17,643 nt of DNA from a candidate division WOR-3 bacterium. GTDB lineage: Bacteria > Hydrothermota > Hydrothermia > LBFQ01 > DSFT01. Made by a program: the position numbers and the translations under genes. The stretch covers positions 1 to 17,643 of the forward strand of contig CBFGJN010000042.1 of NCBI GenBank assembly GCA_965649115.1, read 5' to 3'. The first letter of the stretch is position 1; each line of letters starts with the position of its first letter. Positions 1 through 7,946 of this stretch are shown piece after piece. The notes under the pieces were generated by a model. The model was given only the letters and a program-made list of their open reading frames with translations, was not told the origin of the DNA and did not search any database.

Positions 1-90
1 TGAAATAATGATAATTGTAAGAGGTGTTTTTGTTGTTTGGATACTTTGTATAACATCAATTGCATGGATTTCATTATTTATTTCCTTCAA
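1..90 (-). CDS. 5' end of a gene running off the window; possibly a Wzz/chain-length-determinant-like membrane protein
   Basis: TTG at 90..88 opens MKEINNEIHAIDVIQSIQTTKTPLTIIIIS with no stop before the edge. It sits 7 nt after the same TAAAAT motif seen before other operon-first genes. A polar start followed by a hydrophobic run loosely resembles Wzz N-termini; the product call is weak. Confidence 0.45.
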   Translation of the reverse strand, partial: MKEINNEIHAIDVIQSIQTTKTPLTIIIIS

Positions 91-125
91 GGTTTAAATT
101 TTAAAGGATAAGTTTTATTTATTTT

Positions 126-330
126 TGGTTTGTCTAGTAATTCTAAAAATATAATTATTTCTATATTTTCCCCACCCACCCTATAATTGAGCCTTCGGCT
201 TTACTTACCCATATTTTGGCTATGGGGGGCGGAGCCCCCCATTAAAACCCCCCTAAAAATCAATAATTTTCTTGAAAATTTTATAAGTAATTGATTATCA
301 GACATTTAACAATAATTATTGGACAAAGCA
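126..330 (+). mobile_element. Repeat family copy A (full, 205 bp), MITE-like
   Basis: Left end TGGTTTGTCTAGTAAT and right end ATTATTGGACAAAGCA form imperfect terminal inverted repeats. Internal blocks CCCCACCCACCC, AGCCTTCGGCT and TTTAACAATAATTATTGGACAAAGCA match copies at 15814-15977 and, inverted, 17331-17510. Confidence 0.8.
222..242. repeat. GC-rich hairpin ATGGGGGGC-GGA-GCCCCCCAT inside copy A
   Basis: Perfect 9-bp stem with a 3-nt GGA loop and no clear U-tract on either strand. Confidence 0.85.
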
Positions 331-339
331 AAATTTTTG

Positions 340-478
340 TGCTGTGTCTAATAATTCTGAAAATTATATTTTGCCCGCCTACCCTGAAATTAAGCCTTCT
401 GATTAAAAATACCCATTTTTATGCCTTGTGGAGCTTAGCTGTCCATTAAAATCCCTTTTAAATCAATAAATTTATTAA
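340..478 (+). mobile_element. Repeat family copy B (degenerate, truncated, tandem to A)
   Basis: Starts TGCTGTGTCTAATAATTCTGAAAAT 9 bp after copy A ends. Retains decayed CCCGCCTACCC, AAGCCTTCTGATT, ATACCCATTTTT and CCATTAAAATCCC blocks, and ends at the cdaR stop. Confidence 0.7.
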
Positions 479-479
479 A

Positions 480-1100
480 CTACTTAACACTTATAATTAC
501 TTTTACACTTACGCTTTCTGGAACTATTTTTATATCATTAAAGGGTTTTTTAAGAATAGTCTTAGTTTCAAATGTTTTGAATCTATTTGATATATCAATA
601 TCTTCTGTTTGAATATATGGGATATTTAAAAATTGGCTTTCAGATGCAATAATATCTACAAATTTTGGTTCAACAATAATGCTGTCTACAATATATCCTT
701 CTTTTGGCTTCCCTATTAAATTAACTTTTACTTCTCTTCTTTTTTGAACAATTTTTTCAATAATAACATTTAGTGTTTCAGGATAAATTCTAATAATTTT
801 TATTTCATTAGGAAGTGTAAAGAAATCTTTTATTATCAGTGATAAGTTTCCAGTTTTTTGAGGCTCTAAGTTTATTTCTAATAATTTTTTTCTAAATGCT
901 AGAAAAATTAAATCTTTTGCTTTTCCTGAAATTTCAACATATACTTTATTTGTGCTTGGAATTATTCTAAAATAGTCTGGATAATTTAGTCTTAAATTAT
1001 AATCAAAATTCACTCTTATAACTTTATCAAGTTTTACATAAATGAATATAAATAGGCTAATTAAAATGGATAGTAAAAAAATTGCTTTATTGTCTTCCAT
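480..1100 (-). CDS. cdaR: CdaR/YbbR-like regulator of diadenylate cyclase
   Basis: N-terminal TM segment (KAIFLLSILISLFIFIYV) followed by two YbbR-like repeats (…IYPETLNV…, G.P..GY.V..I.VEP..V.I). Overlaps the 3' end of cdaA. Confidence 0.8.
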   Translation of the reverse strand: MEDNKAIFLLSILISLFIFIYVKLDKVIRVNFDYNLRLNYPDYFRIIPSTNKVYVEISGKAKDLIFLAFRKKLLEINLEPQKTGNLSLIIKDFFTLPNEIKIIRIYPETLNVIIEKIVQKRREVKVNLIGKPKEGYIVDSIIVEPKFVDIIASESQFLNIPYIQTEDIDISNRFKTFETKTILKKPFNDIKIVPESVSVKVIISVK

Positions 1101-1854
1101 ATAATATACTTATTATTCTTTCCTTTAGTTCATCTTTTTCAAGAGGAGAGGATAGTTCCCCCTTGAAGGCAACTCTTACAGTTTGTCTTTCTTCTGATAT
1201 AACAATTGATATAGCATCGCAAAACTCAGTTATACCTACTGCTGCTTCATGTCTTGTTCCAAGTAATGGATCTGTTAGTTTTGAGCTTCTTGGAAGTCTA
1301 ACACTTGCATATGATATTCTATCTCCTTTTATAATAATAGCTCCATCGTGTAATGGATTATCTGGATAAAATATACTTTCTATTAAATGAGATGATATTT
1401 TAGCATCTATTTCTATTCCACCCTCTGTAAATGTTTCCAAACTCATTCTATTTTGAATTACTATTAAAGCTCCATAACCCTTTTCACTTATTCTATAACA
1501 TGCATCTAAAATTTCTTCTATTGGAATTTTAGGTGCTTTTGTAAGTAATCTTAAAATTCTACTTTGTCCAATACTTGCTAGTAATCTTCTTATTTCTGGT
1601 TGAAATAATATAATAAGTGCAATAAGTCCTACGGTCTTGAAGGCATTTATTAAAAAGCTCATTGCTGATAGCTTTAATATATCTGCCAAGAAAATGATAG
1701 TTAGTAATATAAGAACACCTAAAATAATATATATGGTTCTTGTTCCTTTAAATAGTTTTAAAAATTGAAAAATAATGAACCATAGTAGTAAAAAATCAAT
1801 TATATCTAAATATGAAAATTCAACATTTTTGAAAATTTTAATTAAGTCATTCAT
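1087..1854 (-). CDS. cdaA: Membrane-bound diadenylate cyclase CdaA (DacA)
   Basis: Three N-terminal TM helices, FQPEIRR.L, GALIV, PLHDGA, GTRH(E)AA, and SEE motifs of the DAC domain. Confidence 0.95.
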   Translation of the reverse strand: MNDLIKIFKNVEFSYLDIIDFLLLWFIIFQFLKLFKGTRTIYIILGVLILLTIIFLADILKLSAMSFLINAFKTVGLIALIILFQPEIRRLLASIGQSRILRLLTKAPKIPIEEILDACYRISEKGYGALIVIQNRMSLETFTEGGIEIDAKISSHLIESIFYPDNPLHDGAIIIKGDRISYASVRLPRSSKLTDPLLGTRHEAAVGITEFCDAISIVISEERQTVRVAFKGELSSPLEKDELKERIISILYGRQ

Positions 1855-2603
1855 TTAAATTTATAAATTTTTCCATTTAAAAAGTCTATGAAATATATGT
1901 AGTTTTTGTAAAATTGTATATCTGAAATTTCATAGTTGCTATCAAGTAAAGTTTTACTTTTGAAAACATCTTTAAATTTAGAAAATTCTATAATTTTACC
2001 ATCCTTAAAGCTTACAATTATTTTTTCATTTTGTATTATAAATGAAGTTGGAATTTCATTGTAATTAAATTTTATTATTGGTTCAATATCTGTATAGTTT
2101 AATCCTTCATATAGAGGAAAAATTCCAGAATTTTCTTCATCAATTTTAGCAATTATAAAAATTTTACCACTTTTATCACTTCTAATTTTTATTGGTTCAT
2201 AAAAGCCACGAGCTATAAGAAATAAATTGTTTTGTTTGAGTTTATAAACTTTATCTTTAACTGCTATAAAAACATTATTTAATGTATCTTTTGTAATTTT
2301 CATCGTTGAATTTATCTCGTACTTTGGAAAGTTCTTTATTACATGTTCTAATTTATTTTTATAAAATTTTGAAATTGTTCCTTCGTGAGCAATAAAAACT
2401 GTATCATTTATAATTTCAATATCATACGATGGTTGATTTAGATCTTTTACAAGTAAAATTGGCTCTGACTTTAAATTTTCTAAAAACCAAAGATTTCCTG
2501 TAATTTCAAGAACATAAAAATTGTTTTTATAAATTCTAAAAGATATAGGTCTTGAAAATGAAAATTCTGATGAGTCAATAATTAATGAAATAATAAGGAA
2601 CAT
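1851..2603 (-). CDS. Hypothetical beta-propeller-like protein, distantly like glucose/sorbosone dehydrogenase or SMP-30 folds
   Basis: 250-aa ORF with an ATGA overlap into cdaA. Repeating blade-like segments include FSRPISF, LNQPSYDIEI..DTVFIAH, IARGFYEP and PTSFII. Function is not assignable. Confidence 0.6.
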   Translation of the reverse strand: MFLIISLIIDSSEFSFSRPISFRIYKNNFYVLEITGNLWFLENLKSEPILLVKDLNQPSYDIEIINDTVFIAHEGTISKFYKNKLEHVIKNFPKYEINSTMKITKDTLNNVFIAVKDKVYKLKQNNLFLIARGFYEPIKIRSDKSGKIFIIAKIDEENSGIFPLYEGLNYTDIEPIIKFNYNEIPTSFIIQNEKIIVSFKDGKIIEFSKFKDVFKSKTLLDSNYEISDIQFYKNYIYFIDFLNGKIYKFK

Positions 2604-2651
2604 AATTTAGATTGAAATTTTAAACTATATGCTTTAAAATTTTCAGCACTT
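2604..2651. promoter_or_regulatory. Compact bidirectional sigma70-type promoter
   Basis: Plus strand: TTGAAA (2612-2617), 17 bp, TAAAAT (2635-2640) before rpmJ. Minus strand: CTGAAA (2646-2641), 18 bp, TAAAAT (2622-2617) before ORF 2603. Confidence 0.65.
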
Positions 2652-2765
2652 ATGAAAGTAAGAGCTTCTATTAAGAAAAGATGTGATAAGTGTAAAGTTA
2701 TAAGGAGAAGAGGAAAAGTTATGATAATTTGTGAAAATCCTAAACATAATCAGAGACAGGGGTGA
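2652..2765 (+). CDS. rpmJ: 50S ribosomal protein L36 (bL36), Zn-binding form; absent from the ORF track
   Basis: Manual translation gives [37 protein letters not shown], with the CxxC…C…H zinc ligands. Confidence 0.98.
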   Translation: MKVRASIKKRCDKCKVIRRRGKVMIICENPKHNQRQG

Positions 2766-2771
2766 TAAACT

Positions 2772-3149
2772 ATGGCAAGAATAGCAGGTGTTGATTTACC
2801 GAAAAATAAGCCTGTTTTTATAGGTCTTGAAAGAATATATGGTATAGGTATTCCTCTTGCTATGAAAATTTTAGCTCAATTGGATATTGAACCTAATAAG
2901 AGAGTTAAAGATTTAACAGAGGAGGAAATTTCAAAGCTAAAAAATGTAGTTGAAAACTTAAAGGTTGAGGGAGCACTAAAAGCAGAAATTCAAAGAAACA
3001 TAAAGAGATTAATAGATATAAAATGTTATAGGGGAATAAGACATTTGAAAGGATTGCCTGTTAGAGGTCAGAGAACAAGACACAATGCAAGGACTAGAAA
3101 AGGTCCAAGAGGTAATATATTTAAGAGAAAGAAAAAGGGAGGTCAATAA
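2772..3149 (+). CDS. rpsM: 30S ribosomal protein S13
   Basis: [10 protein letters not shown]…IYGIG…[21 protein letters not shown]. Confidence 0.99.
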   Translation: MARIAGVDLPKNKPVFIGLERIYGIGIPLAMKILAQLDIEPNKRVKDLTEEEISKLKNVVENLKVEGALKAEIQRNIKRLIDIKCYRGIRHLKGLPVRGQRTRHNARTRKGPRGNIFKRKKKGGQ

Positions 3150-3517
3150 TGTCAAAATCAAAAAAGAAAGTTGGTCCTTATGGTATAGCACACATTCAAT
3201 CAACTTTTAATAATACTATTGTTACTATAACTGACTTAGAAGGTAATACAATTGCTTGGGCTAGTGGGGGTAGTGTTGGATTTAAAGGAACAAGAAAAGG
3301 AACACCTTTTGCAGCAAGTAAGGCAGCCGAGGTAGCAGCAAAAGCAGCAAAAGCAATGGGTATAGAGAGTGTTGAAGTTAGGGTTTCTGGTCCAGGTCCT
3401 GGTAGGGAAACTGCTATAAGGGCTCTTGTTAGTGCTGGTTTGAAAGTTCATGCTATCAAGGATGTTACCCCTATTCCTCATAATGGTTGTAGGCCACCTA
3501 AGAGAAGGAGGGTCTAA
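3149..3517 (+). CDS. rpsK: 30S ribosomal protein S11
   Basis: [13 protein letters not shown]…GPGPGRE…[18 protein letters not shown]. Confidence 0.99.
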   Translation: MSKSKKKVGPYGIAHIQSTFNNTIVTITDLEGNTIAWASGGSVGFKGTRKGTPFAASKAAEVAAKAAKAMGIESVEVRVSGPGPGRETAIRALVSAGLKVHAIKDVTPIPHNGCRPPKRRRV

Positions 3518-4149
3518 TGGCAAGGTATACAGGTCCAAGATGTAGGCTTTGTAGAAGGGAAGGTGTGAAGTTATTTTTAAAAGGTCCAAGATGTCTTACA
3601 AATAAATGTGCTTTTGAAAGAAGACCTTATCCACCTGGTATTCATGGACAAAAAAATAAAGGAGCAAAATTAACAATATATGGTATGCAATTGAGAGAAA
3701 AGCAAAAGGTTAAAAGAATATATGGTGTTTTAGAAGGGCAATTTAGAAGATTTTTTGAATTAGCAAGGAAAATGCCAGGAAATACTGGTGAAAATCTATT
3801 AATTTTATTAGAAAAAAGATTGGATAATGTTGTTTATAGAATGGGCTTTGCTAAGAGTAGAGCACAAGCAAGACAATTTGTTAGACATGGACATATCTTA
3901 GTAAATGGAAAAAGAATTGATATTCCCTCATATCTTATAAAAGCAGGAGATATTATCATTGTTGATGAGAAATTTAGAAACAATTATGAGCTTAATAGTG
4001 CTATTGAATTTCAAAGGTCTTTACCTAAGGTTGATTGGATAGAAGTTGATTATAACAACTATATGGGGAAAATTTTGAGAGAGCCTCAAAGAGTAGATAT
4101 AGGTCTTAATATAAAGGAAAATCTCATAGTAGAGTTATATTCAAAATAG
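3517..4149 (+). CDS. rpsD: 30S ribosomal protein S4 (Cys-rich, Zn-binding form)
   Basis: [16 protein letters not shown]…YG.QLREKQK…[10 protein letters not shown]…LIVELYSK. Confidence 0.99.
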   Translation: MARYTGPRCRLCRREGVKLFLKGPRCLTNKCAFERRPYPPGIHGQKNKGAKLTIYGMQLREKQKVKRIYGVLEGQFRRFFELARKMPGNTGENLLILLEKRLDNVVYRMGFAKSRAQARQFVRHGHILVNGKRIDIPSYLIKAGDIIIVDEKFRNNYELNSAIEFQRSLPKVDWIEVDYNNYMGKILREPQRVDIGLNIKENLIVELYSK

Positions 4150-4159
4150 GAGGATAAAG

Positions 4160-5143
4160 ATGAGCCTTGTAAGTTTTTTAAATCCGAAAGGTTTTTATGT
4201 TGATGAAGCTTCTGAAAATTACGCTAAAATAGTTATTCCTCAAATGGAAAAAGGATATGGAATTACTATTGGAAATGCTTTAAGAAGAATTTTATTATCA
4301 TCAATTGAAGGTTATTCCGTTGTTGCAGTTTATGTTGAGGGTGCAATTCATGAATTTTCTGCTCTTGATGGAGTTTTGGAAGATGTTCCATATATTTTAC
4401 TTAATATAAAAAAGATAAAGTTTAAAGTAAATGAAAAAATTGTTTCATTACCTGCTAAGGTCTCAATTGATGTTGAAGGTCCAATGGAATTGAAAGCTGA
4501 ACATATTCAATTACCTGAAGGTGTTGAAATAGTAAATAAGGATCAATACATTGCTACAATAACATCTAAAAGAAAATTTTATGCTGAAATATACATAGAT
4601 AAGGGAATTGGATTTGTTCCAAAAGAAGATTATTCAGAAGAATATAAAGATTTATTTAGTTTTGGAACAATTTTTGTAGATGGTAATTTTTCACCTATTG
4701 AAAAAGTTAATTGGACAGTTGAAAAAACCAGATATGAAGCTTATATGGATAAGGATAAATTAATAATTGAAATTTGGACAAATGGTACGATTTCACCTAT
4801 TGAAGCTTATTATAAAGCTATTGAGATATTGGAAAGACATATAAATCTTTTAAAGAATCAACTTCCAAGACCAGAAGAAACAGAATATGTTGATATTGAA
4901 GACTTGAATAAGAGAATTGAAGAAGTGAAGAAAAAGCCTATAAATGAACTTCCTATACCTCCGAAAGTTTTGGAAATTTTCTCTAAGAAGGGAATTAAAA
5001 CAATAAGTGATTTAATATCTTACACAGAAGAGGAAGTAAATGATTTCTATATTGAAGCTGGTTTCTCAAATAGGGAGTTTGAGAAGCTAAAAAGGAAAAT
5101 TTATTCTCTTTCTCTTGAATTTTCACCTAAATCAAGGAGCTAA
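4160..5143 (+). CDS. rpoA: RNA polymerase alpha subunit
   Basis: GYGITIGNALRRILLSSI.G and HEFS..DGV.EDV motifs; AGGAGG SD; position between rpsD and rplQ. The CTD is divergent. Confidence 0.97.
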   Translation: MSLVSFLNPKGFYVDEASENYAKIVIPQMEKGYGITIGNALRRILLSSIEGYSVVAVYVEGAIHEFSALDGVLEDVPYILLNIKKIKFKVNEKIVSLPAKVSIDVEGPMELKAEHIQLPEGVEIVNKDQYIATITSKRKFYAEIYIDKGIGFVPKEDYSEEYKDLFSFGTIFVDGNFSPIEKVNWTVEKTRYEAYMDKDKLIIEIWTNGTISPIEAYYKAIEILERHINLLKNQLPRPEETEYVDIEDLNKRIEEVKKKPINELPIPPKVLEIFSKKGIKTISDLISYTEEEVNDFYIEAGFSNREFEKLKRKIYSLSLEFSPKSRS

Positions 5144-5145
5144 TT

Positions 5146-5544
5146 ATGAGACATTTAAATAAAATTAAGAAGCTTTCAAGAGAAAGAGAACATAGAAAAG
5201 CTTTGCTTAGAAATTTAGTTAGAAGTTTATTTGAGAATGGAACAATAATAACAACAACAGTTAAAGCAAAGGCTTGTAAGAGTGTTGTTGATAAAATTCT
5301 TTCAAGAGCTATGGAAGATTCTGTTCATAATAGAAGAATTGTTAATAGATTTTTAAATGATAGAAAGCTAACCAAAAAAGTTTTTGATGAAATTGCTCCA
5401 CTTTATAAAGAAGATAATATAAAAAGTGGTTTTACAACTATTGTAAAATATGGTTATAGGAGAGGTGATAATGCTGAACTTTCTATTTTGAAATTACTAA
5501 AATTTCCAAAAAAGGAAGTGAAAAATGAGCAAGCATCTAAATGA
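5146..5544 (+). CDS. rplQ: 50S ribosomal protein L17
   Basis: MRH….KLSR…HRKALLRNL…I.TT..KAK…R.GDNA. Confidence 0.98.
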   Translation: MRHLNKIKKLSREREHRKALLRNLVRSLFENGTIITTTVKAKACKSVVDKILSRAMEDSVHNRRIVNRFLNDRKLTKKVFDEIAPLYKEDNIKSGFTTIVKYGYRRGDNAELSILKLLKFPKKEVKNEQASK

Positions 5545-5839
5545 TGAAAATTTTGAATTAGCTTTAAAAGAAAATGGTAATATTGTTATTGATTTTTGGG
5601 CAGATTGGTGTATGCCTTGTAAGATGTTAGAACCAATTCTTGAGGAAGCTGAAAAAGAATTAAATATAAAATTATATAAAGTAAATGTTGATGATTATCC
5701 AAGTTTAGCAGAAAAATATAATATCTTATCAATTCCAACATTATTATGTTTTAAAAATGGAAGTTTGGTTGGTAGAATAATAGGTGCTATGCCCAAAGAG
5801 AGATTATATACAAAATTAAAGGAGATTTTTGGATTATGA
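5525..5839 (+). CDS. trxA: Thioredoxin
   Basis: IDFWADWCMPCK active site, KVNVD and SIPTL motifs; 104 aa. Confidence 0.93.
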   Translation: MSKHLNDENFELALKENGNIVIDFWADWCMPCKMLEPILEEAEKELNIKLYKVNVDDYPSLAEKYNILSIPTLLCFKNGSLVGRIIGAMPKERLYTKLKEIFGL

Positions 5840-6306
5840 AAACTTGGACTTATGAAGAAATAAATGAAATTCCAGAGCATTCAATGATTTTAAATGGTAA
5901 AGAGGTTGAAATTATAGCTGGTAGTGTAAAACATAGTAAATGGACTTCAAAGCTAAATTACAAGATGGAAAAATTATATAATAAGAAACCGCTTCTTATG
6001 TTATCAGCAGATATTGTTTTAGTATCAAAGGAGAAGCTTAGAGATATTTCTGATGAAATTCTTGAGATTTCACCTGATTTAGTAATAGAGATTGAGAAGG
6101 AGAGGGAGGAGGTTGATATTGATGAGAAGATAAATTATTATAGTTCTATTGGCATTAAGAAGCAATTATGGATTTTATTAAGTAAGAGGGAAATTTTAGT
6201 TATTGAAGATAATGAAAGGACTATTTATCGTTTTGATGATGAAGTTGAACTTCTTGAAGGAAAGAAAATTAAATTTTCAGATATTGAAAAGGAGGTTTTT
6301 GAATGA
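5836..6306 (+). CDS. Uma2/DUF820-family restriction-endonuclease-like protein, divergent
   Basis: WTYEE…IPE start, conserved H, PDLVIEI, and D..EK…Y..IGI…WI pattern typical of Uma2. ATGA overlaps on both sides. Confidence 0.75.
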   Translation: MKTWTYEEINEIPEHSMILNGKEVEIIAGSVKHSKWTSKLNYKMEKLYNKKPLLMLSADIVLVSKEKLRDISDEILEISPDLVIEIEKEREEVDIDEKINYYSSIGIKKQLWILLSKREILVIEDNERTIYRFDDEVELLEGKKIKFSDIEKEVFE

Positions 6307-6752
6307 AAACAACATTCTTTAATAACATAGATGGGACAAAAAGGAAGTGGTGGGTTATAGATGCACAAGGTAAGGTTTTAGGAAGGCTGGCTACATTAAT
6401 TGCTAAAATACTTATGGGAAAACATAAGAAAGAATGGACACCATCTGAAGATATGGGAGATTATGTAATAGTTATAAATGCTGATAAAATTATTCTTACA
6501 GGTGAAAAGTGGGAAAAGAAAATATATAGATGGCATTCTGGTTATCTTGGAGGTTTAAAAGAATATAAAGCTATTGATTTATATAAAAAGGACCCAAGGA
6601 AACTTATTTATCTCGCAGTAAAAGGTATGCTTCCGAAAAATAGAACAAGAAAAAGAAGGTTAGCAAGATTAAGAATTTTTATAGGACCTGAGCATAATCA
6701 CTATGCACAAAGACCTCAAAAGCTTGAAATAAAGGAGGATTATAAAATATGA
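6303..6752 (+). CDS. rplM: 50S ribosomal protein L13
   Basis: W.VIDA.G.VLGRLA…L.GKHK…GD.VIVINA…HSGY.GG…AVKGMLP. Confidence 0.99.
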   Translation: MKTTFFNNIDGTKRKWWVIDAQGKVLGRLATLIAKILMGKHKKEWTPSEDMGDYVIVINADKIILTGEKWEKKIYRWHSGYLGGLKEYKAIDLYKKDPRKLIYLAVKGMLPKNRTRKRRLARLRIFIGPEHNHYAQRPQKLEIKEDYKI

Positions 6753-7252
6753 AGCTTCCAAATGTATATAAAGAGAAAGTTCTAAAAACAGGTGATAAAA
6801 TTTTGTTTCTTGATACTGGTGAAAGAATAATGCTTAAAAAATTTAAGGATGGAAGTTATAAAAAAATTGTCTTTGCTACTGGTGGTAGAAAAACCGCTGT
6901 TGCAAGAGTAAGATTGAAAGAGTGGGGTAATGGTAAAATATATATAAATGGTAAAAGACTTGGAGATTACTTTAAAGATGAAACTCATCAAAAGTTAATT
7001 CTAAAACCACTTGAATTAACCAATACTATTGGTTTATATGATGTTGTTGTTAAAGTTGAAGGTGGAGGAGTTTCAGGTCAGGCAGGAGCTGTAAGTCATG
7101 GTATTGCTAGAGCACTGGCAAGTCTAAATCCTGAAAGTTATAGGCAGATTTTAAGAAAGGCTGGTTTATTAACAAGAGATCCAAGAGAAAAGGAGAGGAT
7201 GAAATATGCAAGAAGTAAGAGAAGAAGGTCTTGGCAATATACCAAGCGTTAG
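6749..7252 (+). CDS. rpsI: 30S ribosomal protein S9 with N-terminal extension
   Basis: TGGRKTAVARV…GGGVSGQAGA..HGIARAL…LTRDPR.KER.KY…QYTKR; AAGGAGG SD and ATGA overlap with rplM. Confidence 0.97.
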   Translation: MKLPNVYKEKVLKTGDKILFLDTGERIMLKKFKDGSYKKIVFATGGRKTAVARVRLKEWGNGKIYINGKRLGDYFKDETHQKLILKPLELTNTIGLYDVVVKVEGGGVSGQAGAVSHGIARALASLNPESYRQILRKAGLLTRDPREKERMKYARSKRRRSWQYTKR

Positions 7253-7946
7253 TATTCAAGAGCTTTTGGAAGCTGGCGCTCATTTTGGTCATAAAAGGAA
7301 TAAGTGGAATCCTAAAATGTCAAAATATATATTTAAGGAGAAAAATGGTTATCACATTATTGATATAAGAAAAACGGTTCCTCTGATGAATAAAGCATTA
7401 AAGTTTGCCTACGATGTTGCAAGTAGAAATGGAAACTTTCTTTTTGTTTGTACGAAGAAAAATTTAAAGGATACAATTTTAAATTTTGCTAATGAGGCAA
7501 AGGCTTTTTATGTTGTTGAAAGGTGGCCTGGTGGTCTTCTAACAAATTTTGAAACGACGCAAAGAAGACTCCTTAGGATAAAGGAAATTGAAGGTATATT
7601 TGAAGAATATAATAAGGGTAAAAGTGTTTATGTTAAAAAAGAGATTGTTGAATTTCAAAGGGAATATCAAAAACTATTAAAGAAATTTGGTGGTGTTAGA
7701 AATATGGAAAGCTTACCTGATGTTTTGTACATTGTTGATCCTGTTCATGATAATTTAGCTGTTCATGAAGCAAACTTACTTAAAATACCTATTATCGCAA
7801 TATGTGATACGAATGCTGACCCTGATCTTATAACTTATCCAATACCTGCTAATGATGATGCTATAAAAAGTGTTTCGCTTATAACTTCACTTTTAGTTGA
7901 AGCAATTAAAAAAGGAAGGGAGGTTAGTTTATCATGGCAGATATAA
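7206..7946 (+). CDS. rpsB: 30S ribosomal protein S2 (start uncertain: ATG 7206 or ATA 7239)
   Basis: LLEAGAHFGH…WNPKM…RWPGG.LTNF…DTNADP…IPANDDAI. Confidence 0.97.
   Translation: MQEVREEGLGNIPSVSIQELLEAGAHFGHKRNKWNPKMSKYIFKEKNGYHIIDIRKTVPLMNKALKFAYDVASRNGNFLFVCTKKNLKDTILNFANEAKAFYVVERWPGGLLTNFETTQRRLLRIKEIEGIFEEYNKGKSVYVKKEIVEFQREYQKLLKKFGGVRNMESLPDVLYIVDPVHDNLAVHEANLLKIPIIAICDTNADPDLITYPIPANDDAIKSVSLITSLLVEAIKKGREVSLSWQI

Noticed and set aside
1..74. Alternative ATG start at 74 on the minus strand (MKSMQLML…)
   Set aside because: The TTG frame at 90 gives a more protein-like sequence and fits the shared promoter spacing. It is not fully excluded.
126..137. TAGACA in the element end as the -35 for the outward gene
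   Set aside because: It lies 26-27 bp from the TAAAAT box in copies A and D, too far for sigma70 spacing.
222..242. Intrinsic terminator for cdaR
   Set aside because: There is no U-tract on the minus strand, and the hairpin is an internal part of the repeat.
5525..5839. WCMPC instead of WCGPC in thioredoxin as a novelty
   Set aside because: A minor variant with both cysteines and the cis-Pro motif intact.
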